Assembly: GCA_030295235.1 (NCBI GenBank)
Contig: AP026172.1
Location: 310,001 to 374,000, forward strand
From: Fistulifera solaris
Lineage: Eukaryota
DNA length: 64,000 nt
Direction: 5' to 3'
This document shows positions 1-12,279 of this stretch, piece by piece (position 1 is the stretch's first letter; every line of letters starts with the position of its first letter). A model generated the notes under the pieces. That model saw only the letters and a program-made list of their open reading frames with translations. It was not told the DNA's origin and ran no database searches. A program made the translations under genes and the position numbers.

Positions 1-94
1 ATTATTCATTCGCAAAGAACCGTCACTTTGATGAATTATTTGACGACTAATACGGAGTAGGACAAATAGCAGATTGAACCAACTACACACAAAA

Positions 95-916
95 ATGACG
101 ACAAGCAAAGACACCCGGGAAGTTACTTTGATCAGCTCCGACAAGCAAGAATTCAAATTATCGGCCGAAGCTGTCAAACTCGCTCGTATGGTGCGTTCTT
201 GTTGTCTATCGCTTGTCGTGCAGCGGTTGTCGCGTTCTCATCAATCCTTGCTTCCGACAGGTCGCTTCCTCTCTCAATTTGATTCAGGAGGATGACGATG
301 GCGACGAGGATGACACAGCAGCGGAACTGGATCCGCTTGAATTGTCGCGTGTCGAGGGATCCGTCTTGGCCAAGGTCGTCGAATACCTATCCCATTACTT
401 GGAAGAACCGATGAAGGAAATTCCGCAACCGCTAGGAGGAACCACTTTCAATGAAGTGAGTTCATTTGTAACGCAAAGGAATTGTCGCAGTATTTTGTGT
501 TGTTGATGACACGCTCTCACTTTCTTCATTGTTTTCTATGCATTTCTGCAGGTCATGACACAGGAATGGTATCAAACCTATGCTTATGGCATGTCGGACG
601 AGCTTTTGTTTCAAGTTCTGACGGCCGCGAACTATATGGAAATTCAGCCATTGCTCGACTTGGCTTGTCTGCGCGTGACATTCCAGTTGCAAGGAAAGTC
701 GGCCGAAGAGGTAAGTCTGATGTTGGTCGCGGAGAAAGATCTCGTCACTATCCAGCTCGTCGACTAACGCTAAGTTCGATCATCTTTTCAATATATATAT
801 TTGAACGGTCTGAACTACAACAGATTCGCGCGATTCTAAACTTACCAAAGTTGACGCCAGAGGAAGAAGCTCGTGCTCGGGAAGAGCATCGTTGGGTGTT
901 TGAAGAGACTAGCTAG
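95..916 (+). CDS. SKP1: Skp1-family protein, copy 1 (exons 95-190, 261-455, 552-710, 824-916)
   Basis: VTLISSDKQEF, VLAKVVEY, LFQVLTAANYMEIQPLLDLAC and GKSAEEIRAIL..TPEEEARAREEHRW motifs; GT..AG introns join the exons in frame. Confidence 0.9.
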
Positions 917-1470
917 AGGATCTACAGATGAAACCTTTATACTATTTCTACCAATCAAAAAAATCTGTCGTCCTCCCTTTATTGAGCCAACATCGTCACA
1001 GATACATGATGGAAAAGTCGATTTTACAGAAATCAAAGAAATTATACGATCTTCGACTATTTTCATCGTGTATGTATCATAAGCTGATTGCTTCCATCGA
1101 ATTTACTAGTCTTTACATCTAGATTCGAAAGGTTAAATAATGAGATTCGAGTTACATCTCCGAGAAAATCGGGATGATGATCCGGGATTGGGTCCATCCG
1201 TGGTCCGTAAGGTGCGCTCAAACCACGAACCACACAAGCAACAGAGTGCCGCGGTAACATGTACTTAAATTTGTAGAGTATTTTACTCGCGGAAGATTTT
1301 AAGTACTTTTTCCCGCCACTTTTCAAAGTGGGCAAAGACTGCTGCTATTTGCTATTCCTTCGCACTCGTGCTGTCACGATGGATTTTCTCGAGCTCATTT
1401 TGACCCCAGCAGGGCAAATCCATTTCCAAACAAACAATTTTTTTTCCTTTGAAATCCTATCATTTCTAAC

Positions 1471-2123
1471 ATGCAGTCAGAAGAAGAATTCAAAATCGTC
1501 CTGCGCGGTTGTGACGATGTCAAGGTCGAGATTGATGCGAAAGTTTGTGAACCTTCCGAGTTCCTCCAAAACCAGCTCGAAGATATCGAAAATGCAGATG
1601 TTGGCGAGATCTCTGTGCCCAAAGTCGAGGGTGCTATTCTTGAACTTATTGTCAAGTTCCTGAATCATCATGCGGAGGAGCCGTTGATCAAAATCAACCA
1701 CCCCATTGAAGGCGATACGGTGGAAGATGTAAGTTCATCTGAAGCATAGCAAAGCTTCAGACCCGCAAAACTCATATCGCATTCCCTTTTGCGTTTATAG
1801 GTCGTGAAACAAGAGTGGTACGCTACATTCATCAACGAGTTGCATGAAAAAGTTGTCTACAAGTTGCTCTTGGCGGCCAACTTTATGCACATTCAGCCGC
1901 TTTTGGATTTAGTCGTGCTTCGCATTGCTTGGCTTTTTTCGAAAAAGTCTCCCGATGAGGTACGTCTCTTACAAAAGAACAGCGTGATGGAATTGCAGAA
2001 GATTTGCTCACCTTTTTCTCTTGTCTCTCTTTTCAGCTCAAGGCCTTGCTCAAATTCGAAGGATTAACCCCGGAACAAGAAGAGAAAGCTCGCCGTGACC
2101 ACCCCTGGATTTTTGAGAAGTAA
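1471..2123 (+). CDS. SKP1: Skp1-family protein, copy 2 (exons 1471-1728, 1801-1959, 2037-2123)
   Basis: VPKVEGAILELIVKFLNHH, LLLAANFMHIQPLLDL, TPEQEEKARRDHPWIF; both introns at positions equivalent to copy 1. Confidence 0.88.
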
Positions 2124-2335
2124 CGGTTCCTTCGTTTCTATCATTCATTATCACATCACACCAGTAGCGCTGAATCATCAAAACTCGGTCTCGGATCCAA
2201 TTTTTGTCGGCGGATTCCGAAAGAGTTGCAGTGACTCGCCTATTTACGGTGTTTTGAAATCCTCACTTTTATAATGAAGCAAAACTTCTTTTATACATTT
2301 GCATGCAATGACTAGCTATATATATATCGTTCACT

Positions 2336-2785
2336 TCATATAGGTATAGGTTTGGCCTTGAAGTGGCAATTGATCAAAGTCAGCGATAATTCCTTGATGT
2401 CCTGCGTCAATCGATGAAATATACGGAGGCCCGCTGGATCGGATGAACGCTCCACATCCGCCAAAGCCTTAATTTCTTTTGCCGTAAACGCAATATGATT
2501 CAAACCTACTTTACATTCCAGTTCATGCCGCCCTTCGTTTTCTCGCGGCTCGGGCCAGTTGGCATCGTCCACATCGGTTAGAATGGTGCTTTCGGATATC
2601 ATACGCTTGACTTCTTCGACAACTGCCGGACTGACATAGACTTCTTGTTGTATGTGTGGGTTATTCGAGTGTTTGCAATAGTTGGCGTATTGCAGTTTCC
2701 CTGATGGAAAGAGCTCAAACTCGAGATATTCGTGACCGGCCGGACCTTTGTGCCCGACGTAGTAACGCATGTAAAATTCGTCCAT
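2336..2785 (-). CDS. MAGO: Mago nashi (exon junction complex) homologue, divergent
   Basis: MDEFYMRYYVGHKG..GHEYLEFE..GKLQYAN, DDANWPEP, GRHELE, HIAFT, DPAGLRIF..LTQDIK..HFK; intronless. Confidence 0.9.
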   Translation of the reverse strand: MDEFYMRYYVGHKGPAGHEYLEFELFPSGKLQYANYCKHSNNPHIQQEVYVSPAVVEEVKRMISESTILTDVDDANWPEPRENEGRHELECKVGLNHIAFTAKEIKALADVERSSDPAGLRIFHRLTQDIKELSLTLINCHFKAKPIPI

Positions 2786-3347
2786 AATTCGGTCAGTGCT
2801 GTGTAATCTCTTGCTACGTTTGAGAGTTAAGGAATGATAGAATACTTTGAACGAGTCAATACAAAGTATTGGCGAGGTTATTATACACATCAAAGCGTGT
2901 GCCTGTTTTCGCGGGTGATGTTTTTATGAGGTGCGCACTTGAGAAAACGCTTCGGAATAAGGAGCTACTCCAACTGTTGACGGGATACTCTAGAGATGAA
3001 TCGTGACTGACTTACAGGAATCGCACCATTTTCGAACGCAGAACGGACAACTACTTTTAGTCAGTGATCGACTAAAGAGAGAGGGAGTCTGTTTCGCTCC
3101 TAATCTGTTTCTTTTTAAAAGCACAAACAAGTGAGCAGGCAAAGCTTTGTTTCGGTTTTGAGAGATTGGAAGGAAAGACACACGCGGAGTGGACATCGGA
3201 AACTTTCGATCAAGAAGATCGTTGGAAGAAGTTCTACTATAAATGTTACGATCGTAAAGACCGCGGCCAGCGGATTCGACTTTGCTATTCGGATAAGTTG
3301 CTCTGCTATCATCGATCATTCTTAAATATTTGGTGTAGCTTTATCAA

Positions 3348-3593
3348 TTATTCGACAGCCGTCGAAGGGTCGTCGCGGATAACTTTTTGCTTGGGCGCAA
3401 CGACTTCATCATGCTCTTTGTTGTGTCCAAGATGCTGACGCGTATAGATATTACTTTGCTTGCGAACATCATGGGTAGGATCTCGTTCGATGGACTCTTC
3501 TTTGTCCGAGACTTGAATGACGGGCAAAGAGGCCCGCGAGGAAACGATGCCAGTGAAAAGGGCAATGAGATGAGCGAAAGTCGATGACTTCAT
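3348..3593 (-). CDS. possible small secreted protein or fragment; may continue into the 2990-3319 ORF
   Basis: Signal-peptide-like start MKSSTFAHLIALFTGIVSS; no recognisable domain. Confidence 0.25.
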   Translation of the reverse strand: MKSSTFAHLIALFTGIVSSRASLPVIQVSDKEESIERDPTHDVRKQSNIYTRQHLGHNKEHDEVVAPKQKVIRDDPSTAVE

Positions 3594-4148
3594 TGTGACG
3601 ATCACCCGAATGTAAATGAGATCCAATACGGAGTTATAATAAAGTTTTTGGATGCCTCATCCATGTCTGTCTTGATGCTGATTTCGAAAAGCAGGAACAA
3701 AATCCAACGTCGATGTTATCGGCGGCTTTGGGGAGAACACGGTTTAGAGTGTGAAGCGAACAGCGTTTCTTCGTCGATAGCGGAAAGGGGGACTTTCTTT
3801 TGCGTTTTGAATTTGGAAGCCGAAAGATACTACACTCCAATTTAGAGTAACTTGTCGTACCGCAAAACACTCGTTATGCTCGTCCGTCGCTCGGCACGTT
3901 GCACTTAAAGGCCACCAAAATAGGTCCTTGCCACCAAACACCGCACGAAAACATTCCGCGGTGAAAAACTCAAACACATCATCGGTTTGACTTTCGACCG
4001 TTCTTTGCAGCAGCTTCGTGTCGATGAAGAGAAAGGCCGATCCGAGATCTCCTTTTCACCGTTTGCTGAAACTCTCTCATTGCAATCCCATTTTCGACTC
4101 GAGCGGTAGCTTTTCTACCGCAATCAAACGTAGTAAGATCCTAATAAT

Positions 4149-6427
4149 ATGAGATTTTTGCATCTGATTAGTCTTTTTCTCTGTCGCCACCGCTTGGGTT
4201 CCATCGGGGAGCAGTCACATTCCCATCGCACTCTCCATGGTCGCTTCGAGTACCAGCCCCGCACAGAAAGTTGCCGAAATGCCTCGTGGAATGGATGGAC
4301 GACTCGAACAAGCTTTTGCTTCCGCGAAGGAAAAGGGTGAAGCAGCGTTTGTAACATTTGTCACCGCGGGGTATCCCCAAAAGCAAGGTACGTGCGTGTC
4401 TGGGATAATCCTTGGCTTTCAACGTCAGATTCGGCTTGTCTCACCCCCGACTGTAATTGCAGACACTCCGGCTATCTTGCTGGCTATGCAAGAGGGCGGT
4501 GCTAGTATTATTGAGTTGGGCATTCCATACACTGATCCTCAAGCGGACGGCACCACAATCCAACGTACCAACCAAAAAAGCGATCAAGGGCGGTACAAAG
4601 ACCATCGAAGACTGCTTGGCCATGGTCAAGCAAGCTCGTGACGAAGGTTTGACCGTTCCTGTCGTGTTGATGGGATACTACAATCCTTTTCTTCAATACG
4701 GACTCGAAAAACTGTGCGTCGACTCGAAAGAAGCCGGTGCCGATGGATTCATTGTTGTCGATCTGCCGCCCCAAGAAGGTGTTGAATTAAACAACTTTTG
4801 CGTACAGAATGGCTTGTCGAACGTCCCGTTGGTTGCCCCCACTAGTAGCGATAAGCGCATCGAAGCCCTTACGTCCATTGCGAGCTCTTTCTTGTATTGC
4901 GTTTCGGTCACTGGTGTGACGGGCGCTCGTGATGCCTTACCCGATGATTTGGAAGATTTTATCGGTCGCGTTCGTGAAAAGACTCCCTTGCCTTTGTGCG
5001 TCGGTTTCGGTATCTCTACTCCCCAAATGGTACAAGGCGTGGCCGACATTTCCGATGGTGTTGTCGTCGGGAGCGCCATCTTGAATGCTATGGATTCTTT
5101 GGGCGAAGATGCCAGTACGGAAGAGAAGGCCGAAGCTATTCGTAAGGCTGTAGCTCATTTGAAGACAGGAACGAAACAATCCGAGACTGCCAAAAATCAA
5201 GCGACAGCTCTAGGACAGATTCCCAAGGCTTGGTCGGCATCGAAAGAACACCCCGGACGTTTCGGTGATTTTGGTGGTCAATACATTCCCGAAACACTCA
5301 GTGTTGCCTTTGAGGAATTCGAGGAATCGTTCGAGAAGCTCAAGAACGATCCTGAATTTTTGGCAGAGCTGGATGAATACCGTCGTGATTTTGTCGGTGG
5401 TCCAACCCCTCTTCACAAGGCGGAGCGACTCACTGAATTCGCTGGCGGTGCCACGATTTGGTTGAAGCGCGAAGATTTGGCACACACCGGTGCACACAAA
5501 ATCAACAACGCTATTGGACAGGCCCTCATGGCCAAGCGACTGGGCAAACCACGCATCATCGCCGAGACGGGCGCCGGACAACACGGTGTTGCCACAGCTA
5601 CTGTTTGCGCCAAATTGGGATTGGAATGCATCGTTTACATGGGTGCTGTGGACTGCGAGCGACAGAAACTCAATGTCTTCCGTATGAACACCCTCGGTGC
5701 CAAAGTAGTACCGGTGGAGGAAGGACAGCGCACATTAAAAGATGCCATTAACGAAGCCATGCGTGATTGGGTCACCAACGTTCGCAACACACATTATCTG
5801 ATTGGAAGTGCGGTAGGACCTCATCCGTTCCCTGCTGTCGTAAGAGAATTTCAGTCGGTTATGGGACGAGAAATCAAACAACAGATGAAAGAAAAGGCGA
5901 ACAAACTGCCTGATGCCGTGGTAGCCTGTGTGGGTGGAGGCAGTAACGCCATTGGTGCATTTGCGCCTTTTGCAGACGACAAGGAAGTGAAACTGTACGG
6001 CGCCGAAGCTGCCGGACGCGGTATTGAAGTTGACGAGGAACATTGTGCGAGTTTGACCAAAGGAACACCCGGTGTTTTGCAAGGTGCCTTGACCTACTTG
6101 ATTCAAGAGAAATCGGGACAGACTTTGAAGACGCATTCCATCAGCGCCGGACTCGATTATCCCGGAGTTGGACCTGAGCACGCCTATTTGAAAGCATCTG
6201 GCAGAGCTACTTACCTTGCTGTCACCGATGACGAGGCATTGCAAGGGTTTAAATGGATGTGTGAGCTAGAAGGTATCATTCCCGCTCTTGAAACAAGTCA
6301 CGCTATCTATTTGGCGGTGCAACTGGCCAAGGAATTGGGACCTGGCAAAGACATTGTTATTAATATGAGTGGACGTGGAGACAAAGATATGCCGCAGATC
6401 GCCCGCATTATGGGAGTAGATGTCTAG
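4149..6427 (+). CDS. trpAB: Fused tryptophan synthase alpha+beta with plastid-type presequence (intron 4388-4462; +1 indels at about 4174-4178 and 4574-4579)
   Basis: Alpha: [33 protein letters not shown]. Beta: [44 protein letters not shown]. Removing one T gives the presequence [19 protein letters not shown]. Confidence 0.95.
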
Positions 6428-6558
6428 ATATACTGCAGAAACGTAAACATAAAATCAAATTCTGTTTAAAGGTATTTGTTCTGTCGATTTGTTTATTTGG
6501 GGTTTTTTTGAAAATATCTTCAGCGATTACACAACACGCAACTGCTAAAGTATGCTTA

Positions 6559-6795
6559 CTAAACACTCACAACAACTTTTGGTTGTGACGGACGACTCAT
6601 TACGCGCAGTATCGTCCACAAGGAACCCATGACTACCACTCCCAAACCAACTTTACGAGCTTGTCGCTTGAATCGAGACAAATTACTTTCGTGAAGGCTT
6701 CGATACGTCGTCAATTCATCGGCATTCCACACGTTCCCAACGAAACAGCCCGCCAAAAACGTCACGGCGTACGAAACAACTACACGGCTTGACAT
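6559..6795 (-). CDS. small hypothetical membrane protein
   Basis: Two hydrophobic segments flanking DELTTYRSLHES; fills the gap between trpAB and NudC. Confidence 0.5.
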   Translation of the reverse strand: MSSRVVVSYAVTFLAGCFVGNVWNADELTTYRSLHESNLSRFKRQARKVGLGVVVMGSLWTILRVMSRPSQPKVVVSV

Positions 6796-7186
6796 TCTTA
6801 GCAATTCTATTCAAACGCATGTGATCAAAGCCTTTTTACTTGGTTTAAGGTGCGCTTTTACGATTTAAAAAGGTGCACTACCTGGTAAACGACGAACCAG
6901 GGTCAGCAAAGGTGGAAGGACAGGCGTAATACCTGGTAAACCTCTAATCTTAAGTTGTTTCAATAAACAATGAGTACAAAATAAATTGTTCTCACAAATA
7001 GTCGTAGCGGTACCCAATATTGTGTCACTGCTCACTGCGTACCAGTACCAGTATAGCAGGACTTCTACGTAGTACGGTACTGGTACCGGTCCCTATTAAT
7101 TTACTTAACAACTGAACAACTCATTTGATTTTATTATTTACTTCGTGCTTCTATCTACATCTCCTTTATAATTGAAAACAATAAAA

Positions 7187-8106
7187 ATGCCTGATTTCAC
7201 AACAGACGAGCGATTCGACGGGCTATATTTGAACGTTGCGCAAACGGCACAAGGCATTGAGCCTCTTCTGGATACGGTGTTTTCCTTCTTGCGGCGCAAA
7301 ACGGATTTTTTTCAGTGGCGGCGGTGGGCCGGATGCTGCGACAACTAAGGTCACTGAGGTGTTGCAGAAGCACGTAGATATTTACAACAAGGAGCAGCTG
7401 CAGAAAAAGCCAAAAACAGTAAAAACGACCGAATCAAAAAAAGAAGGAAGAAGCGGAAGTAGTGGAGATAGGCAAAGATGGTGTGTTTGATGTTTCCAAA
7501 GCGCCAGAAGCAAGCTCAGCAGCAGCACCTTCTGTTTCTTCTGCAGAGGCTCCGAAAATAGCTGAGGAACTGACATCGTCCAGCGACGATGCCCCTCCTT
7601 TAGGAAATGGAGGAACCGTGCCTGGCAAGTACACGTGGACTCAAACGCTGGCCGAAGTACAAATTACAGTGCCTCTCCCTACCGGAACGCGGGGACGCGA
7701 TATGAATGTTGTGATGGGAAAACGTCACTTAAAAGTGGGTTTACTGCGTCAATCGTTGATTATTGATGCTCCTCTGCACAAGTCCATTATTCTTGACGAT
7801 TCGTTTTGGACTATTGAAGACAACAATCGTCTTGTTCTCAACTTGCAAAAATCAAACCAAATGGAGTGGTGGGATTGTGTATGCCAAGGCGACCCAACCA
7901 TCGATGTTACCAAGATCCGTCCGGAAAATTCCAGTGTGTCGGACTTGGATGGCGAAACACGGAAAACGGTCGAGAAAATGATGTACGATCAGCGACAACG
8001 CGCTCAAGGCTTACCCACGAGTGAGGAGGAAGAGAAATTGAATATGCTCAAGAAGTTTCAAGAACAGCATCCCGAGCTCGACTTTAGTAATGCCAAAATA
8101 AATTAG
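7187..8106 (+). CDS. NUDC: NudC nuclear-movement co-chaperone (homopolymer frameshifts at about 7306-7312 and 7436-7442)
   Basis: DERFDGLYLNVAQ..GIEPLLDTVFSFLRRKTDFF; CS domain YTWTQTL; PENSSVSDLDGETRKTVEKMMYDQRQ..HPELDFSNAKI. Confidence 0.93.
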
Positions 8107-8178
8107 ACCCGTTACATATCTATCTTTTGTAAAAATATAGTTTACACGTTATCGTTCTTAGCTGCTTCGAATACATGT

Positions 8179-8937
8179 TTACAATCCAAACATGTCGTCA
8201 CCTTTCTTCTTATTCCTACGATTGGGCTTCTTATTGAGCATCAAGTCCCAGACGTTCGGTAATTCCGCCTTTTGTTTGTGCTGATCGGGTAAAGGTGTAG
8301 GATCCAGTTCACCCGTTGCCACGCCGTATGCTACCCTCACGCCAAGTAGAAATATTCCGAGGCCTGTCACCCCGAAAAATCCGGTCGCCAACGAAATGAT
8401 CCCCATAACTACATTGCGGAAAACTGCTGCTAGACGTTCCACAACATAAAAGTCCGAGTTGACTGGATGACTAGCAAAGAATTCAGCAGCGGTTGTCGTC
8501 AAGGTCCATAACCCGAACGCCGCCGCCAAAGCAAGCACTCCGCCGATGGTTGTGACGACTGGATTGACTCCGTTCAAATTTCGGGCTGCGGCAATGGCGG
8601 CTTCACGTTCTTCGTCCGTTTTCTGAGAGCGAAATCCATCAAAGTTTTTACTGAATTTAGATCGGGCGCCAAACTTCTCTTTCTGTTTGGCCTCTTGCAG
8701 TTCTTGCATCAAGCGTTCATTCACAGTCCCTGTCTGAGCAGCACGTTGACTTTCTTCCTCAGGTTTTGATGCAGCCGCCGCAGCAGCTGCGAGCGGTCCT
8801 AAAATTTCCTCTTCTTCATTGGCCTTAGAAGGAGCTGCTGCGTGAATTGGGAAACTTTTTATCTTCGTCGGCGCCGCTGTGAAAGAAACACCATGCTCAA
8901 AGAATAAAAGAAATACGATAAGAATTCGACCAATCAT
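8179..8937 (-). CDS. plastid-targeted membrane protein, DUF3082-like
   Basis: Signal peptide plus VS-FTAAP cleavage motif; two TM helices with FRNVVMGIISLATGFFGVTGLG. Confidence 0.7.
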   Translation of the reverse strand: MIGRILIVFLLFFEHGVSFTAAPTKIKSFPIHAAAPSKANEEEEILGPLAAAAAAASKPEEESQRAAQTGTVNERLMQELQEAKQKEKFGARSKFSKNFDGFRSQKTDEEREAAIAAARNLNGVNPVVTTIGGVLALAAAFGLWTLTTTAAEFFASHPVNSDFYVVERLAAVFRNVVMGIISLATGFFGVTGLGIFLLGVRVAYGVATGELDPTPLPDQHKQKAELPNVWDLMLNKKPNRRNKKKGDDMFGL

Positions 8938-9586
8938 ATCGCGGAACTGTTGTTACTTGAAGTGCCTCTATTCGAATGGTTATGTTTGGTATGGAAATAA
9001 CTAAATCCTATCACTGTAAGGTTATCAGGTACCGGTACAGTGCTTTATTAGCATCATGTCATCCCATACGAGGATCCTTGATTCTGATGTTGTGAAAAAA
9101 TAAAAAGGATGCCGTGTGACGCGCGCGGCAAAGCAAGCGGTCAATAATTTTCGACGAGGTGAGACGGACAAACCATTCGGTACCAATATGACTCGTGACT
9201 TGTAAAGTCGTTTGGTTCCGAAAAAAGCAGAAAGTTCTGAGTTCTGGAAGAGGAAGAACCGATTTGCGTAACGACACTCACGACTAAGATTAAATCGTGC
9301 GCTGGTCGGATTCCCATTTCCTCTTAAAAAACCTCTAAACGGAGTTAGTCATCGCCAAATCGTGTTCCGACAGATGTCTGCGCTCTTATTAGCAATTATT
9401 ACAAACGGCTTTATCCAGTCTCATAATACGGAATGTTTTTGAATCGTTAGTGACTGCGAGTGCCGACGACGAGGTCTTTTTGTTGACATCTCGCACGATC
9501 TCGGCCCTCTTTTCCAAACGACAAAATTTTCGAAGAAAAATGAGAGCAATTCCACCTCGACAACGCAGCCGCACAGAGGCATCCGT

Positions 9587-9943
9587 GTGCACAATGCCAC
9601 ATGCCGTGTCAAAATTTCATGTGAAGAATGTCCTTTTGCTTTCCTTGCGATTTCTTTTCTCATCGAAACCAGCGAGTCCGTGCTTAGCGTAATCAAGTCG
9701 ACAGTGAAGAACAGCCGCCGATTGATCGGCCCGATGCTGCCATCCACAACCTTGAGGAAAGACGCGATTCCATCAACCCTACACGACATGTTTGAACAAA
9801 TTGAGTACATTGACTATGATACCGAAAACGAAGGAAGCTTGGAAGCCGTCAGTGAGCGTCCTTTGGTGGTACCTATCCGCAGGACATTATTGCGAGGCAC
9901 TATCGATGGGCATCACCCATTGAACGCCCTAGTCATGCCATGA
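9587..9943 (+). CDS. hypothetical ORF, 5' end uncertain
   Basis: Open frame only; no motif recognised. Confidence 0.2.
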   Translation: MHNATCRVKISCEECPFAFLAISFLIETSESVLSVIKSTVKNSRRLIGPMLPSTTLRKDAIPSTLHDMFEQIEYIDYDTENEGSLEAVSERPLVVPIRRTLLRGTIDGHHPLNALVMP

Positions 9944-10406
9944 CTAGATTGTCTGTCAGTCTCTGTATGTTTGGATGAAAATAATGTTGTTCCATTATAG
10001 TTAGATCTCTATTTTTTGCCTTTGAGTTACAGATGCAAGATTATCGGCACACTTCCTTCATTGCCAAAGCGCCCCACCCAACGTCGCAAAACAAATTTGT
10101 AAAATTGTAGTTGATACGCAAGTCTTTGCCTCTATAGCTCGAGACTAGCGAGACTGTTTCGTAGGCTAACTTACATAATACCTAATTGTAGTATTTCGTC
10201 ATATTTCATTAGAATAAGTCCGGTGCCGGTACGACTACGTTCAAATGAAACAATCGAGCCCGAGCGGAAGCCGCTTCTTCGCTTTTCCACAACTTTTTTT
10301 TTCAACGGCAGAGAATAATTTAAATAGTTGTGGTTGCAAGACAATCAAAAGCAAATCGTACATTAGTCAACCTGACGAAATCCAAGCAAGCCCCCTAAGA
10401 ACAAAA

Positions 10407-11628
10407 ATGACAAAATACACGCGGGTGCGAAGAAGGGAGAGCATTCCTCAAGAACTGGAAGACCCTGATGATTGTACGGTGGGCGAAGCCCCCGCTCAGG
10501 ATGATGATGTGCTGGTAATGTCGAGTCAGCCCGCACTCTCGTTTTCTTTCAACAATTCATTTCAAAGCAACATCGGAACTTTACCGAAAGAAATCCGGAA
10601 CATTATTGGCGGCGGCATAGCAGGAATGGTGGCCAAGTCTGTGGTGGCGCCTGCGGATCGCATCAAAATTCTGTTTCAAGTCAGTTCGGTCGAATTTCGA
10701 TTACGTAATCTGCCCCTAGTTGTGGGAACTATTCGAAAAGAAGAGGGCTGGACGGCTTTGTGGAAAGGAAATACTGCTACAATGATACGAGTCATTCCGT
10801 ATTCGGGCATTCAGTTCATGGTCTTTGAGAAATGCAAAGCGTACTTTTTACAGCAACATTCGAAAGGCATTTATCCCATCGATCAAGGAAGTAGTGGTAG
10901 CACGGTCTGACTCCGCTGGAGTCCTTGCTCAGTGGAATGCTGGCAGGGTCAGTCTCGGTGGTCTGCACTTACCCTTTGGATTTGGCCCGAGCTCAACTGG
11001 CTGTATTGAAACGAAAACAGAACGCTGCACATTCGATCGGATTTTTGGACATCTTCCGTCAAAATTATACAAGGGGTGGAGTTACTGGCTTGTTTCGAGG
11101 CCTTAGTATCACTCTGGCAGGGATGCTACCATATGCGGGAATCGCGTTTGCTCTTAATGAACAGGCGAAACGTGAAGTAAGTTTCAGATTGTTCTTTTGC
11201 GAATGGCTCGATACTAACGGTTGAGCGGACATCTCACAAATGCTTCAACGACTAGATTCAGCATGTGACGGGTCGTGATTTGAGTACGATGGAACGAATT
11301 CAATGCGGTGCTTTAGCTGGATTGGTGGCTCAGACTGTCACGTATCCACTCGAGGTGACACGGCGGCGAATGCAAACAATAGGATTGGTGGGTACTGATA
11401 CGGCTCTTGCAGAAATTGGAAATGCGACAATACCAACTGTGGCTCCTCCATCCATTCGCGAAACAATCCGGTCCCTCTACGTAGAACAAGGTCTGAGAGG
11501 ATTTTTCAAAGGCGTTACGATGAACTGGATGAAAGGTCCGGTGGCGTTTGGTATCTCTTTCACAACCTTTGATTTCGTCAAAAATTTCTAGAAACAGATG
11601 ATGAGCGACAGAGTAAAAGATTCGGATG
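10407..11628 (+). CDS. Mitochondrial carrier (SLC25; CoA/Graves-disease-carrier-like); intron 11177-11255; frameshifts at about 10900 and 11580
   Basis: Three PX[DE]XX[KR] repeats: PADRIKILFQ, YPLDLARAQL, YPLEVTRRRMQ; WKGNTATMIRVIPYSGIQF. Confidence 0.9.
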
Positions 11629-11739
11629 ATGTTTTTAAATTCTGAGATTTTGAAACATTGCTTTTTGTTCGCTCAAATTACAAGCGATGGGCAAGTGCTC
11701 CGCCCTTTGCCCATGATGTAACAGAGCCACTACGAGCCA

Positions 11740-12178
11740 CTACAACTCTTCTTTCTGCCTTAGCTTTTCTTCGTATGCTTCCTGTTTCCTACGTTCCCTT
11801 TCCAAGATATGCTCAATTTCCTTTTCAGCGGGTATCATGCTCAACTTTTTTATCCGTTTTTGAAGTACTTCGATTTTCTTTTGATATTCCATTAAATCAT
11901 CCTCGCTCAACAAGCTAGTGCCACTGGCGTGATCCTTCAAGCGTTGCTTCGCATTCAGCAACAGTTGCTCTATAGTTTCTTTACGCTCTCTACGCTGTTC
12001 CAGCACGTCTTCGCGCTGCCACAATGTGAACAAAGACGAAAGTTGGAAAACAACAAAGGGGCAAAGGTCCGTATGATGCCACACGTACCGTCATCAAGTA
12101 GTCACTCCAATGCCTTGCCGCCACCGCAGTTAGGTAAAGCGTTGCAAGAAAGAAGAGACCTTTCCTTAAGATCGACAT
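11740..12178 (-). CDS. small ER-luminal coiled-coil protein A (exons 12178-12089, 12015-11740), ends KEEL
   Basis: Signal peptide MSILRKGLFFLATLYLTAVAA; phase-0 GTACGT..GCAG intron; charged helical body; KDEL-like tail. Confidence 0.8.
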
Positions 12179-12279
12179 GATAGTGTCAAGGATAGTTTAG
12201 TGCTTACAGAAAGGTCCTTCTTGTGCGTAAACTGAATTTCGTGTTTTGGTAAGGATTATTGATCGAAATAGCCTCATCC

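Noticed and set aside
4570..4582. Programmed ribosomal frameshift at the A-run in trpA (and similar sites)
   Set aside because: Indels occur in many unrelated genes in both directions with no shared stimulatory signal; sequencing error is simpler
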